Shown: positions 50,929 through 60,399 of the stretch, piece after piece | Layout: each line of letters begins with the position of its first letter | Position numbering within the stretch: position 1 is the stretch's first letter | Assembly (NCBI GenBank): GCA_014376805.1 | Contig: JACMQU010000178.1 | Location: 69,181-133,180 of the forward strand | DNA length: 64,000 nt | Reading direction: 5' to 3' | Source of the DNA: Bacteroidia bacterium | Lineage (GTDB): Bacteria > Bacteroidota > Bacteroidia > UKL13-3 | Notes under the pieces: model-generated | Database searches by the model: none | The model's input: the letters and a program-made list of their open reading frames with translations, nothing else | What the model was told of the DNA's origin: nothing | Program-made: the position numbers and the translations under genes

Positions 50929-51297
50929 TTAGCAAACTGCATTCGGATTCGGATAATTATCACTTTGGTCTTCAAAGGTATTATCTAAACACACAAAATC
51001 TTTTTCAATAAGCAAAAATAACTCATGGCCATTCGCAAGTTTCATCCTGTTTTCAAAGCCTGTAATGTTTGTTTCGGTCCATTCTTTAGCAATAGATTGT
51101 GGTATCAGAAAAATGATTTTATTTTGATGGAAAGAAGCAGATAAACCATTTTCCTCATCACACTTTTCGAGTGCATAATACAATGTACCACCGGCCATTT
51201 CAGTTTGTTCCTCAAGAATACCTGTTCGGGAAAAATTATCAACTTCTGTTTTTGTTAAACGGTATCGTATAGAGTTTCCTTTGATGCGGATTTTCAT
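50929..51297 (-). CDS. Conserved hypothetical protein (MKIRIKGNSIRYRL family)
   Basis: N-terminus and IEKDFVCL...DNYPNP resemble a small conserved family (DUF7009-like, from memory). Confidence 0.7.
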   Translation of the reverse strand: MKIRIKGNSIRYRLTKTEVDNFSRTGILEEQTEMAGGTLYYALEKCDEENGLSASFHQNKIIFLIPQSIAKEWTETNITGFENRMKLANGHELFLLIEKDFVCLDNTFEDQSDNYPNPNAVC

Positions 51298-51498
51298 TAA
51301 ATAATTTTTTTTTAGTAAGTTATTTTGATAAACGTTAAAGCTATGTATTTACTTTATTAAAGCCTATAACACAATATAATTATATAGATAAGATTAACTG
51401 TACTAATTTTAAAAAATAAAACACTTATGCATAAATGTCACATCACATATCTTAAAACAAAACATTTATCACTCAACTCCCAACCCATATTTGCTAAC

Positions 51499-52320
51499 TT
51501 ATTCCCCCTTATTCTGCATCAAACTAAAAACATCCTGGCTAAAGCCTGTATTGCTGAACCCACCATCATGAAAAAGATTTTGCATGGTTACCATTCTTGT
51601 CAGATCGCTGAACATTACCACACAATAATCTGCACATGCTTCTGCATTGGCATTACCAAGAGGGGAAAGAGCAGCGGCATAATCAAAGAAGTCGCCAAAG
51701 CCTTTTACACCGCTACCTGCGGTTGTTTTAGTAGGACTTTGTGAGATAGTGTTAATTCTTACTTTTTTGCTTTTGCCGTAATGGTATCCAAAGCTTCTTC
51801 CAATCGATTCGAGTAAAGCTTTTGAGTCTGCCATTTCGCTATAATCAGGAAATACCCGTTGTGCTGCGATATAAGTTAAAGCAACTACAGAACCCCATTC
51901 ACTAATTGCATCCATTTTATAGCAGGTTTGCAATAAACGATGTAGTGAAACTGAGCTGATATCATAAGTTTCGTGTGTCCATTTATAATCCAGATCAGTA
52001 TAGGTGCGCCCTTTACGAATGTTTAAACTCATGCCTACCGAGTGCAAGATAAAATCAACTTTGCCACCCAAGATTTCTAAGGATTGGGTGATAAGGTTTT
52101 CCATGTCTTCATTTTTGCTTACATCACAAGCTATAATTTTTGCGTTGTTACAGGTTTCTGCAAGCTTGTTTATTTCGCCCATTCGCATAGCAATGGGAGC
52201 ATTGGTAAGCACAAATTGCGCACCCTGTTCATGGCATTTTAAAGCCACTTGCCAAGCAATGCTTTTATCGTTTAGTGCTCCAAAGATGATGCCTTTTTTC
52301 CCTTTTAATAAATCATTCAT
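51499..52320 (-). CDS. fabI: Enoyl-ACP reductase
   Basis: KKGIIFGALNDKSIAW, YSEMADSK catalytic Y/K, RINTISQSPT and HDGGF. Confidence 0.92.
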   Translation of the reverse strand: MNDLLKGKKGIIFGALNDKSIAWQVALKCHEQGAQFVLTNAPIAMRMGEINKLAETCNNAKIIACDVSKNEDMENLITQSLEILGGKVDFILHSVGMSLNIRKGRTYTDLDYKWTHETYDISSVSLHRLLQTCYKMDAISEWGSVVALTYIAAQRVFPDYSEMADSKALLESIGRSFGYHYGKSKKVRINTISQSPTKTTAGSGVKGFGDFFDYAAALSPLGNANAEACADYCVVMFSDLTRMVTMQNLFHDGGFSNTGFSQDVFSLMQNKGE

Positions 52321-52486
52321 TTTTAATATTTTTTAGCGATGAGCTAAAATTTGTAGTGCAAGTTTAACTTTTTTAACCTGTTCCTTGCAATAGTTGTTAA
52401 AATTTCGCTTTTTTAATTATAATATTTACTTTGGCTGAAATTTACCAATCTGCAGGCATTGATAAATTAGTCATTAACTTTTCATC

Positions 52487-54112
52487 ATGTGTTCAATCAA
52501 ACAATCCATTTTATTTTTATTTTTTCTTTTATCATTATGTGCTCAGGCTCAAAATGATTTACGCTATAAAAAACTTCAAGGGGGCCTCAGTAAATTAAGA
52601 AAGTCTTTTGATGTGCGCTCCTACTGCATTACTTTAAAAGTATTGCCTGAGAAACGCTCGATAGAAGGAATAAACGATATTACTTTTAAGGTTATAAAAC
52701 CATTGAAAGTATTACAGCTTAACTTGTTTGACAACTTACTTATCTCCAATATTATTTTCGAAGGCAATACTGTTTCTTATACAAGAGATAGTAATACATT
52801 GTATGTAAAGTTGCCCCGTAAATTAAATAAGCATGATTCGGCCCATGTAATTATTTATTATTATGGCATACCTGTTTTAGCAAAAAATGCTCCGTGGGAT
52901 GGTGGTTTTGTGTGGAGTAAGGATAGTATGGGTATGCCCTGGATTGGGCTTGCATGTGAAGGCATTGGGGCATCATGCTGGTTGCCTTGTAAAGATCATT
53001 GGAGCGATGAACCCGAACAGGTAATTATGAACCTGCAGGTGCCAACAGGATTAACCGGCGTAAGCAATGGCCGGCTAATGAGTCAACGCAATCTGCCTAA
53101 TGGTTACACCGAGTTTCAATGGATGGTTACCTATTCTATTAACCATTATAACATTTCCGTAAATATTGCAAATTATGAACATGTGCAGGATTTATACCTC
53201 AATCCTTCTTATGGAAATTTAACATTAGATTATTATGTATTAAAGGGGAATGGTGCCGCTGCTAAAGTGCATTTTCAGCAAACCAAAAGAATGCTGCAAG
53301 CTTTTGAACATTACTTTGGTCCTTATCCGTTCAGAAATGATGGTTATAAGTTAGTAGAAACACCTTACTGGGGTATGGAACACCAGAGTTGTATAGCGTA
53401 TGGTAATAACTATGTAAACAATAAATTCGGTTTCGATTTTATTATCATTCATGAAAGCGGTCATGAGTGGTTTGCCAATAGTCTTACGGCAAATGATAAA
53501 GCTGATATGTGGCTGCATGAGAGTTTTACCACCTACAGTGAAGCCTTATATGTAGAGAAGCAATTTGGATTGGGTAGGGCAATTCCTTATCTGGCAGGGC
53601 AAAAGGGCAACATCAAAAACGAATTGCCTTTAATTGGCGTAAGAGATATTGCTTATAGCAGGCCAGATAATGATATTTATTATAAAGGTGCGTGGATACT
53701 TCATACGATGAGAAGCATGCTTGATAATGATAGCCTTTGGTTCAATACCTTATATGATCTCTCCATGCACTTTCGCTATTCAGTTACCACAAGCAGAGAG
53801 GTGGAAAAATTTTTAATAAGAAGATCAGGATATAATTTCAGTAAGTTTTTTGATCAGTATTTGTATCATGCAAAGTTACCTGTTTTTGAATATTATATTG
53901 AACCAAAGAATGGATTAAATGAATTGCATTATCGTTTGGTATCGAATGTTAGTGGACTGGAGATGCCAGTTAAAGTTACCCTTTTAAAAGATAATTATGA
54001 TTTTGTAACTGCCGGCAAAAAGTGGCAGATTTATGATTTACCTTACAGCGATGCGGAGAGTTTTAAAATTGATCTGAATCGTTTTTTGATAGGGGTAAAA
54101 AAAATTAAATGA
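52487..54112 (+). CDS. M1-family aminopeptidase, exported
   Basis: GMEHQ, HESGHEW...WLHESF (HEXXH-X18-E) and YYKG. Signal peptide present. Confidence 0.92.
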   Translation: MCSIKQSILFLFFLLSLCAQAQNDLRYKKLQGGLSKLRKSFDVRSYCITLKVLPEKRSIEGINDITFKVIKPLKVLQLNLFDNLLISNIIFEGNTVSYTRDSNTLYVKLPRKLNKHDSAHVIIYYYGIPVLAKNAPWDGGFVWSKDSMGMPWIGLACEGIGASCWLPCKDHWSDEPEQVIMNLQVPTGLTGVSNGRLMSQRNLPNGYTEFQWMVTYSINHYNISVNIANYEHVQDLYLNPSYGNLTLDYYVLKGNGAAAKVHFQQTKRMLQAFEHYFGPYPFRNDGYKLVETPYWGMEHQSCIAYGNNYVNNKFGFDFIIIHESGHEWFANSLTANDKADMWLHESFTTYSEALYVEKQFGLGRAIPYLAGQKGNIKNELPLIGVRDIAYSRPDNDIYYKGAWILHTMRSMLDNDSLWFNTLYDLSMHFRYSVTTSREVEKFLIRRSGYNFSKFFDQYLYHAKLPVFEYYIEPKNGLNELHYRLVSNVSGLEMPVKVTLLKDNYDFVTAGKKWQIYDLPYSDAESFKIDLNRFLIGVKKIK

Positions 54113-54145
54113 CATAAAAATTGAAAGAAATAGCATCTTTATAAA

Positions 54146-55021
54146 TCACTTAAAATCATTCAGCATTTGAGGTTGTTTTTCCCATATACCTTTTTTCCAA
54201 ATCAGATAATCAAAACTACCATCAGGAAAATAAAATTCAAAGTTACCGGTGTTTAATTGTTTATCGGGTACAATGTTTTCGTAAATCAGGTATTTTTTTG
54301 CTTCATCATAACGCAAAGCCATCGTGGCTTTGTCGTTAAACTCAAATACCATTCTGTAAAATTTATTTTTCTTTTTGAGATCAAAAACCGGTGCGCCAAA
54401 TATTGGCGTACCATTTAAAAATACCAGTATATCCGCAATTTTTTTATTGCTTTTAGGTCCGCAACCATCCCACCCCAGCAGGGTATAATAATCCTGTTTC
54501 TTATCTGAGGTTTTTATGATCTTATAATAAGCTGCCCCAAACCAGTGATCTGTGTCCACCGTTTTAAAAAGAAAGTTTTGTATGCTGTCACTCCGGTCTA
54601 TTAATGGATAAAAATCTTTGTAGATAGGTAACTTTGTATCCGGTGTTTTATTTTTTTTGGGATTCATTTGGATCACCCCAAAATACCTGAATTTTTCATC
54701 ATTGGTAGCTACATTCCAGGTAATTATTCTGAACAAATCATCTGGTGCTTTAATGATCAGTACAGTTTTTAACGAATCAAAATTAAAAAAATAGGAGTTG
54801 TTTATTTTTAAGGCCCTTGCCATGTGGCGGATAAATTGTTTACCGGAAGTAAGGCGGGTATCTTCATCATAACTTCTCACCATGTTCTGGCTAAGGCCAC
54901 TCATTCTTATCTCAAAATTACGCAACGAATCCATGGTTAATGAATCCAGTGTCTGACCATTTATGAATGAGGTGAAGGAAAGTCCGCAAATTAAAAAAAA
55001 AATATTTATTTTATTCATCAT
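54146..55021 (-). CDS. Hypothetical secreted protein
   Basis: Signal peptide ING-Q, then FRIITWN, WFGAAYY, YTLLGWDG and PDGSFD. Confidence 0.72.
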   Translation of the reverse strand: MMNKINIFFLICGLSFTSFINGQTLDSLTMDSLRNFEIRMSGLSQNMVRSYDEDTRLTSGKQFIRHMARALKINNSYFFNFDSLKTVLIIKAPDDLFRIITWNVATNDEKFRYFGVIQMNPKKNKTPDTKLPIYKDFYPLIDRSDSIQNFLFKTVDTDHWFGAAYYKIIKTSDKKQDYYTLLGWDGCGPKSNKKIADILVFLNGTPIFGAPVFDLKKKNKFYRMVFEFNDKATMALRYDEAKKYLIYENIVPDKQLNTGNFEFYFPDGSFDYLIWKKGIWEKQPQMLNDFK

Positions 55022-55023
55022 AT

Positions 55024-55057
55024 TAAAACGAAAGGCAACCCAAATGGATTGCCTTTC
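55024..55057 (-). terminator. Probable intrinsic terminator after the thiolase
   Basis: Minus-strand hairpin GAAAGGCAATCC-ATTT-GGGTTGCCTTTC followed by GTTTTA. Confidence 0.65.
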
Positions 55058-55089
55058 AAAATAAAGTACATAAAGCAGACTTTTATTTT

Positions 55090-56274
55090 TTAGTTATTAA
55101 CAGATTCCAGTACAATTGCCGATGCGCCGCCGCCGCCATTACAAATACCGGTAACACCGTACCGGGCACCTTCTCTGCGAAGCATGTTGGCAAGGGTAAC
55201 CACAATTCTTGAACCGCTACTTCCGATTGGATGGCCTAAAGCAATAGCACCACCATACATATTAACTTTGGCAGGATCAAGCCCTAATATTTTATTATTT
55301 ACCAAACCTACAACAGCAAAAGCCTCGTTGAGTTCAAATAAATCAATGTCTTTAATATCTAAACCTGCCCATTTTAATGCTTTAGGAATGGCAATAGAAG
55401 GAGTAGTTGTAAACCATTCAGGAGCTTGTGCTGCATCAGCAAATGCTATAATTTTAGCCAATGGTTTTACTCCAAGTTCTTTTACTTTTTCTTCACTCAT
55501 CAATACCAGTGCACTGGCACCATCATTTAATTTAGAGGCATTGGCAGCGGTAATGGTCCCATCTTTTTCAAAAGCAGGTTTAAGTGTTTTTAATTTATCA
55601 AAGTTTACTTTAGTATATTCTTCATCAACACCTACCATAACCGGATCTTTGCCCCTTACCGGTATTTCTACAGGTACAAGCTCATCGGCAAATGCATTAT
55701 TTTCGTAAGCCTTTTTGGCGCGGGTATAGCTTTCTATAGCGTAATTGTCTTGGTCTTCACGGGATATTTTGTATTCGCGTGCACAAATTTCGCCGGCATT
55801 ACCCATGTGAAAATCGTTGTAAACATCCCACAAACCATCTTTAATTACACCGTCAATAAGTGTTCCATGTCCTAAACGATAACCATTGCGGGCTTTATCA
55901 AGGTAATAAGGAACATTGCTCATGCTTTCCATACCACCGGCAACTACAATATCATTAATTCCCAGCATAATAGTTTGAGCAGCCATCATAATAGCTTTTG
56001 AACCCGAAGCACATACTTTATTGATAACTGTTGAGGGAACAGTATTGGGAATACCTGCATAAATCATAGCCTGTGTAGCAGGAGCCTGCCCTATACCTGC
56101 TGAAATTACATTGCCCATAAAAACTTCCTGAACCTGCTCAGGTGTAATTCCGGCTTTTTGAAGAGCACCTTTAATAGCTGTAGCTCCTAATTGAGTGGCA
56201 CTTACTGCAGCCAGGGAGCCATTAAATGAACCTATGGGTGTTCGCGCTGTTGAAACGATATAAACAGTTTTCAT
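55090..56274 (-). CDS. Acetyl-CoA C-acyltransferase (thiolase)
   Basis: RTPIG, NKVCASG, NEAFA, GHPIGSSG and CNGGGG. Start MKTVYIV at 56274. Confidence 0.95.
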   Translation of the reverse strand: MKTVYIVSTARTPIGSFNGSLAAVSATQLGATAIKGALQKAGITPEQVQEVFMGNVISAGIGQAPATQAMIYAGIPNTVPSTVINKVCASGSKAIMMAAQTIMLGINDIVVAGGMESMSNVPYYLDKARNGYRLGHGTLIDGVIKDGLWDVYNDFHMGNAGEICAREYKISREDQDNYAIESYTRAKKAYENNAFADELVPVEIPVRGKDPVMVGVDEEYTKVNFDKLKTLKPAFEKDGTITAANASKLNDGASALVLMSEEKVKELGVKPLAKIIAFADAAQAPEWFTTTPSIAIPKALKWAGLDIKDIDLFELNEAFAVVGLVNNKILGLDPAKVNMYGGAIALGHPIGSSGSRIVVTLANMLRREGARYGVTGICNGGGGASAIVLESVNN

Positions 56275-56308
56275 ATTCGAAAAATAAATTAAACTAAATT
56301 TTGTGCGG

Positions 56309-56316
56309 CAAATGTA
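56309..56316 (-). promoter_or_regulatory. -7 box (TACATTTG) upstream of the thiolase
   Basis: Exact TAnnTTTG, 35 nt before the ATG at 56274. Confidence 0.5.
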
Positions 56317-56346
56317 TGATTTTACCTTTACGAATAAATATTTTCT

Positions 56347-57051
56347 ATGAATCGTTTTAATCTTTATGGGGATTTGCTTTTTGAAAGCATAAAAATTATT
56401 GGAACCAAACCTCAACATCTTACAAGACATTTTTCAAGATTAATGAAAGGTGCTGCCTTATTAAACTTTGAAACTGATAGTTTTGACTTTGATATTTTTG
56501 AGAAAGAAATAATAAATTCTATAAAGAAATACTTCCGGTTAAAATCTAATAATTCAAACATCGCAAGGCTTCGTTTTGTTTTATACAGGAATGCCAATGG
56601 CTTTTATTTGCCCGATTCAAACAAGGTAAATTTCTACACAGAAATATTTTCTTTCGAACCTTCATTATCAATTGAACCTGTTAGCGTTGGCATATATGCT
56701 GAGCAGGCAAAAGCACCAGGACCTTTAGCGGGAATTAAATCGGGTAATGCTCTTATTTATGTGCTGGCAAGTATCAGGGCAAAGGAAAATAAACTGGATG
56801 ATATGCTTATTTTAAACACTAATGGAAACATTATTGAAAGCACTTCATCAAATATTTTCTGGTTTAGCAATGGAAAATGGTTTACACCTCCTTTAAAAGA
56901 CGGATGTGTGGCAGGGATTATGCGCGAAATATTTATGGAAGAAAATGTGGTTACAGAAAAATCGTGTTCACTTAATGATTTAATAAATGCCGATAAAAGA
57001 CAGTTAAGTAATGCAATACAAGGAATTCGTGATTTTGTAATTATAACCTGA
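56347..57051 (+). CDS. Class IV PLP aminotransferase family (PabC/aminodeoxychorismate lyase-like)
   Basis: YGDLLFESI, HFSRL, IKSGN, ESTSSNIF and GCVAGIMR. Confidence 0.82.
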   Translation: MNRFNLYGDLLFESIKIIGTKPQHLTRHFSRLMKGAALLNFETDSFDFDIFEKEIINSIKKYFRLKSNNSNIARLRFVLYRNANGFYLPDSNKVNFYTEIFSFEPSLSIEPVSVGIYAEQAKAPGPLAGIKSGNALIYVLASIRAKENKLDDMLILNTNGNIIESTSSNIFWFSNGKWFTPPLKDGCVAGIMREIFMEENVVTEKSCSLNDLINADKRQLSNAIQGIRDFVIIT

Positions 57052-57125
57052 CAAATTCTTGAAAACAGATATGCTTATACCCATTGTTATTTAAATTATT
57101 GTGGTAATTATACCGAATAGTAGTT

Positions 57126-57133
57126 TAAATTTG
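57126..57133 (+). promoter_or_regulatory. -7 box (TAAATTTG) immediately before the RluA-family start
   Basis: TAAATTTG-CAGC-ATG. Confidence 0.55.
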
Positions 57134-57137
57134 CAGC

Positions 57138-57863
57138 ATGGATAAGCCTAAAGTAAAACCTTTCAAATCATTTATTATTGAAGAAGATGAACATTTTGTT
57201 TTTATAAATAAACCCGCAAATTATTCTTCTCTTGATGACCGCCATGGTGATGTATTTTCAATTATTAAGCAGGCAAAAAAACATGATGAAAATTTACAAT
57301 TATGCCATAGACTTGATAAAGAAACAAGTGGGGTTATGGTGATTGCAAAAAATGAAGTTGTTTACAGAGAGATGTCGATGTGTTTTGAAAAACGACTGGT
57401 AGAAAAAGTATACCATGCAGTGGTAAATGGTGTTTTAAATGTAACTGATCAGAAAATAGTGTTGCCATTGGGTCAAACCGCTAAAGGCATGGCAAAAATT
57501 GATATGAAAGATGGTAAGCCCTCCACAACTATTGTAACCACATTAAAAAATTACAGACATTATTCGCTTCTTTCCTGCAAACCTGTTACAGGTAGAATGC
57601 ATCAGATAAGAATTCACCTTGCATCACAAAATTTCCCTTTGGTTGCCGATCCTGCCTATGGAGGTAAAATGCCATTTCTTTCTCATATTAAACCTAATTT
57701 TAAAGAAGGCAAATGGGAGAATGAAGAGCCCATGATGAAACGTGTTGCTCTGCATTCCTATTCCATACATTTTACCTTGTTTGAAAAAGAATACAATGTT
57801 GTGGCACCTTATCCAAAAGACTTTGCTGTATTACTTAAGCAACTTGATAAATTTGACAGTTAA
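57138..57863 (+). CDS. RluA-family pseudouridine synthase
   Basis: INKP, HRLDKETSG, TGRMHQIRIH and ALHS. Confidence 0.93.
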   Translation: MDKPKVKPFKSFIIEEDEHFVFINKPANYSSLDDRHGDVFSIIKQAKKHDENLQLCHRLDKETSGVMVIAKNEVVYREMSMCFEKRLVEKVYHAVVNGVLNVTDQKIVLPLGQTAKGMAKIDMKDGKPSTTIVTTLKNYRHYSLLSCKPVTGRMHQIRIHLASQNFPLVADPAYGGKMPFLSHIKPNFKEGKWENEEPMMKRVALHSYSIHFTLFEKEYNVVAPYPKDFAVLLKQLDKFDS

Positions 57864-60337
57864 ACAGCTTTTAAAGGTTCAGGAATACTTAGGTCATAAG
57901 GGTTATTTACCTTTTCATTAAGTAAGGCAATTCCAATTACTTCATGCATTTCTTTTACATAATGAAACACCAGATCGTTTAAATAATCGGCCTTTACTTC
58001 CATTACATCTTTGCGGTTGGCTTCACACAAAATTATATCTGTAATTCCTGCTCTTTTTGCGGCAAGAATTTTTTCTTTTAAGCCACCAATCGGAAGCACT
58101 TTACCTCTTAAAGTAATTTCACCCGTCATAGCCAGGTGCGGCTTTACTTTACGTTGTGTAAATACAGATGCTAAAGAAGTAAGCATGGTTATACCTGCAG
58201 ATGGACCGTCTTTTGGAACAGCACCTGCCGGCACATGTATATGCAAATCATAATTATCAAACACTCTTGGATCAATTTGTAAACTTTTGCAATTAGCCTT
58301 TAAATAACTTAAGGCTGTAATGGCTGATTCTTTCATCACTTCTCCCAGGTGTCCGGTTAAGGTAAGCTTACCTTTGCCCTGAGTTAATATACTTTCCACA
58401 AATAAAATTTCGCCTCCAACGCTGGTCCATGCCAGTCCTGTAACCACTCCGGCCACACCGTTGCCTTGATAAATTTCTTTTTCACCTCTGTCGGCACCCA
58501 GAATTTTTATGATTGTATCAAAGTCTATTTTTTTTGTAAAAGGATTGTTCATCACCTTTTCTTTAGCAACATGACGTGCAATAGAGGCAATCTGTTTTTC
58601 GAGGCCGCGCACACCGCTTTCACGCGTATAGCCATCAATAATTTTTGCCAGAATATCTTCAGAGAGATCAAAGTCTTTGGTTACCAGGCCATGGTTACTT
58701 TTTTGTTTAGGAATCAGGTATTTTTTGGCAATCTGAACTTTCTCTTCCAGTGTATAACCATTAATTTCAATGATCTCCATTCTGTCTAATAATGCAGGCT
58801 GAATAGTATCTAATGAATTGGCAGTGGCAATAAACATTACATGAGAAAGATCGTATTCTATCTCCACATAATTATCATAAAAAGTTGCGTTTTGTTCAGG
58901 GTCTAATACTTCCAGTAAAGCACTAGAGGGGTCTCCTCTAAAACTGTTACCCATTTTGTCTACTTCATCTAAAACAAAAACAGGGTTGTTAATTTTTATT
59001 TTCTTTAAGTTTTGTATTATCCTGCCAGGCATAGCGCCTATATAGGTTCTGCGATGTCCGCGAATTTCGCTTTCATCACTTAATCCGCCTAAGGATACAC
59101 GTGCATATTTGCGACCTAATGCTTTTGCCACCGATTTGCCCAGGGATGTTTTACCCACACCAGGAGGGCCATATAAACAAAGGATCGGACTCTTCATGTC
59201 ATTCTTTAATTTAAGAACAGCTAGGTATTCAAGAATACGTTGTTTTACTTTTTCTAAACCAAAATGATCTTCATTTAAAACTTTTTCGGCTCTTTTTAGA
59301 TCAAAATTATCTTTGCTGTTATCGCTCCATGGCAAATCAAGCAAAAGTTGCAGGTAACTTAGCTGTATACTGTAATCTGGAGCCATTGGGTTGGTTCTGC
59401 GCAATCGTTCCAATTCTTTTTTAAATGCTTCATCAACCTTTTTATTCCATTTTTTCTTTGATGCTAAAAGTAACAAATTTTCCACATCACGCTCAGGCGA
59501 ATCCCCACCCAGTTCTTCCTGTATTGCTTTTATTTGTTGTTGAAGAAAGAAATCACGTTGTTGTTTGTCCAGATCGCCACGCACCTTGCTTTCAATTTGG
59601 GCTTTTAATTCCGTAAATTGGAAATCTTTCTTTAATGCTTCAAGCACTTTTTGTGCACGCATTTTATAGGGAAGTTCTTCCAGAATGGCTTGTTTAACCT
59701 GCAGATCTGCATTTAGGTTAGAGGCTACGAAGTTTACCAGGAAGGTGGGGCTTTTAATATTTTTGATTGCTACCGCAGCCTCACTTGGCATATGTGGCGA
59801 CATGCTGATTATTTTTTGCGCCACATCTTTAATAGATTCGGCTAAAGCTCTTGCCTCTTCATCTTCAATAAAATCTCCTTCTGGAATTGGGGAGATGGAA
59901 CTTTTTATATAAGGTTCTGTTTGTTCAACCTGGTTCAGCAAAAATCTCCTTTTACCTTGTATTACCGCCATGGTGCTGCCATCGGGCATTTTTATCATTC
60001 GTAAAATAACTGCAACGGTACCAATTTTGTGAAGGTCATCAAAACCGGGTTCTTCTGTTTCTGAAGAGATTTGGGCAACCACACCCACCAATTTGTCCTG
60101 TTTTTTATAAGCTTCTTTTAAAAGTTGAATAGATTTGTCTCTTGCTACGGTTATAGGAATAACCACTCCAGGAAAAAGAACTGTATTGCGAAGCGGTAAT
60201 ATTGGCAGGGAATCGGGCAAATCTTCCTTATTCATGCGTTCCTCCTCTTCCTGACTTAACAGGGAAATAAAGTCGGAACTTTCACCATCATCACTTATTA
60301 CATTGCTCAATATCAGATTATCGCGACCATTTTTCAT
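57860..60337 (-). CDS. lon: ATP-dependent Lon protease
   Basis: LPLRNTVLFPG, GPPGVGKTS, RGHRRTYIG, PKDGPSAG (catalytic Ser) and PIGGLKEK (catalytic Lys). Confidence 0.97.
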   Translation of the reverse strand: MKNGRDNLILSNVISDDGESSDFISLLSQEEEERMNKEDLPDSLPILPLRNTVLFPGVVIPITVARDKSIQLLKEAYKKQDKLVGVVAQISSETEEPGFDDLHKIGTVAVILRMIKMPDGSTMAVIQGKRRFLLNQVEQTEPYIKSSISPIPEGDFIEDEEARALAESIKDVAQKIISMSPHMPSEAAVAIKNIKSPTFLVNFVASNLNADLQVKQAILEELPYKMRAQKVLEALKKDFQFTELKAQIESKVRGDLDKQQRDFFLQQQIKAIQEELGGDSPERDVENLLLLASKKKWNKKVDEAFKKELERLRRTNPMAPDYSIQLSYLQLLLDLPWSDNSKDNFDLKRAEKVLNEDHFGLEKVKQRILEYLAVLKLKNDMKSPILCLYGPPGVGKTSLGKSVAKALGRKYARVSLGGLSDESEIRGHRRTYIGAMPGRIIQNLKKIKINNPVFVLDEVDKMGNSFRGDPSSALLEVLDPEQNATFYDNYVEIEYDLSHVMFIATANSLDTIQPALLDRMEIIEINGYTLEEKVQIAKKYLIPKQKSNHGLVTKDFDLSEDILAKIIDGYTRESGVRGLEKQIASIARHVAKEKVMNNPFTKKIDFDTIIKILGADRGEKEIYQGNGVAGVVTGLAWTSVGGEILFVESILTQGKGKLTLTGHLGEVMKESAITALSYLKANCKSLQIDPRVFDNYDLHIHVPAGAVPKDGPSAGITMLTSLASVFTQRKVKPHLAMTGEITLRGKVLPIGGLKEKILAAKRAGITDIILCEANRKDVMEVKADYLNDLVFHYVKEMHEVIGIALLNEKVNNPYDLSIPEPLKAV

Positions 60338-60377
60338 ATTTATGTACTAAAATAATTTTACCAAAGGTATCTGTTTA

Positions 60378-60394
60378 AACAATACCCGTGCCAA
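60378..60394 (-). promoter_or_regulatory. Putative sigma54 -24/-12 promoter of lon (a -7 box TACCTTTG also lies at 60362-60369)
   Basis: Minus strand reads TTGGCACGGGTATTGTT: perfect TTGGCACG -24 box and TTGT at -12. Confidence 0.55.
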
Positions 60395-60399
60395 GCCTT

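Noticed and set aside
56275..56430. N-terminal extension of the thiolase in the ORF track (likewise dnaJ 19812, trmH 61242, tamL 60998, dxr 6367)
   Set aside because: Family-like sequence begins at downstream ATGs, and the extensions mostly overlap promoters or neighbouring genes.
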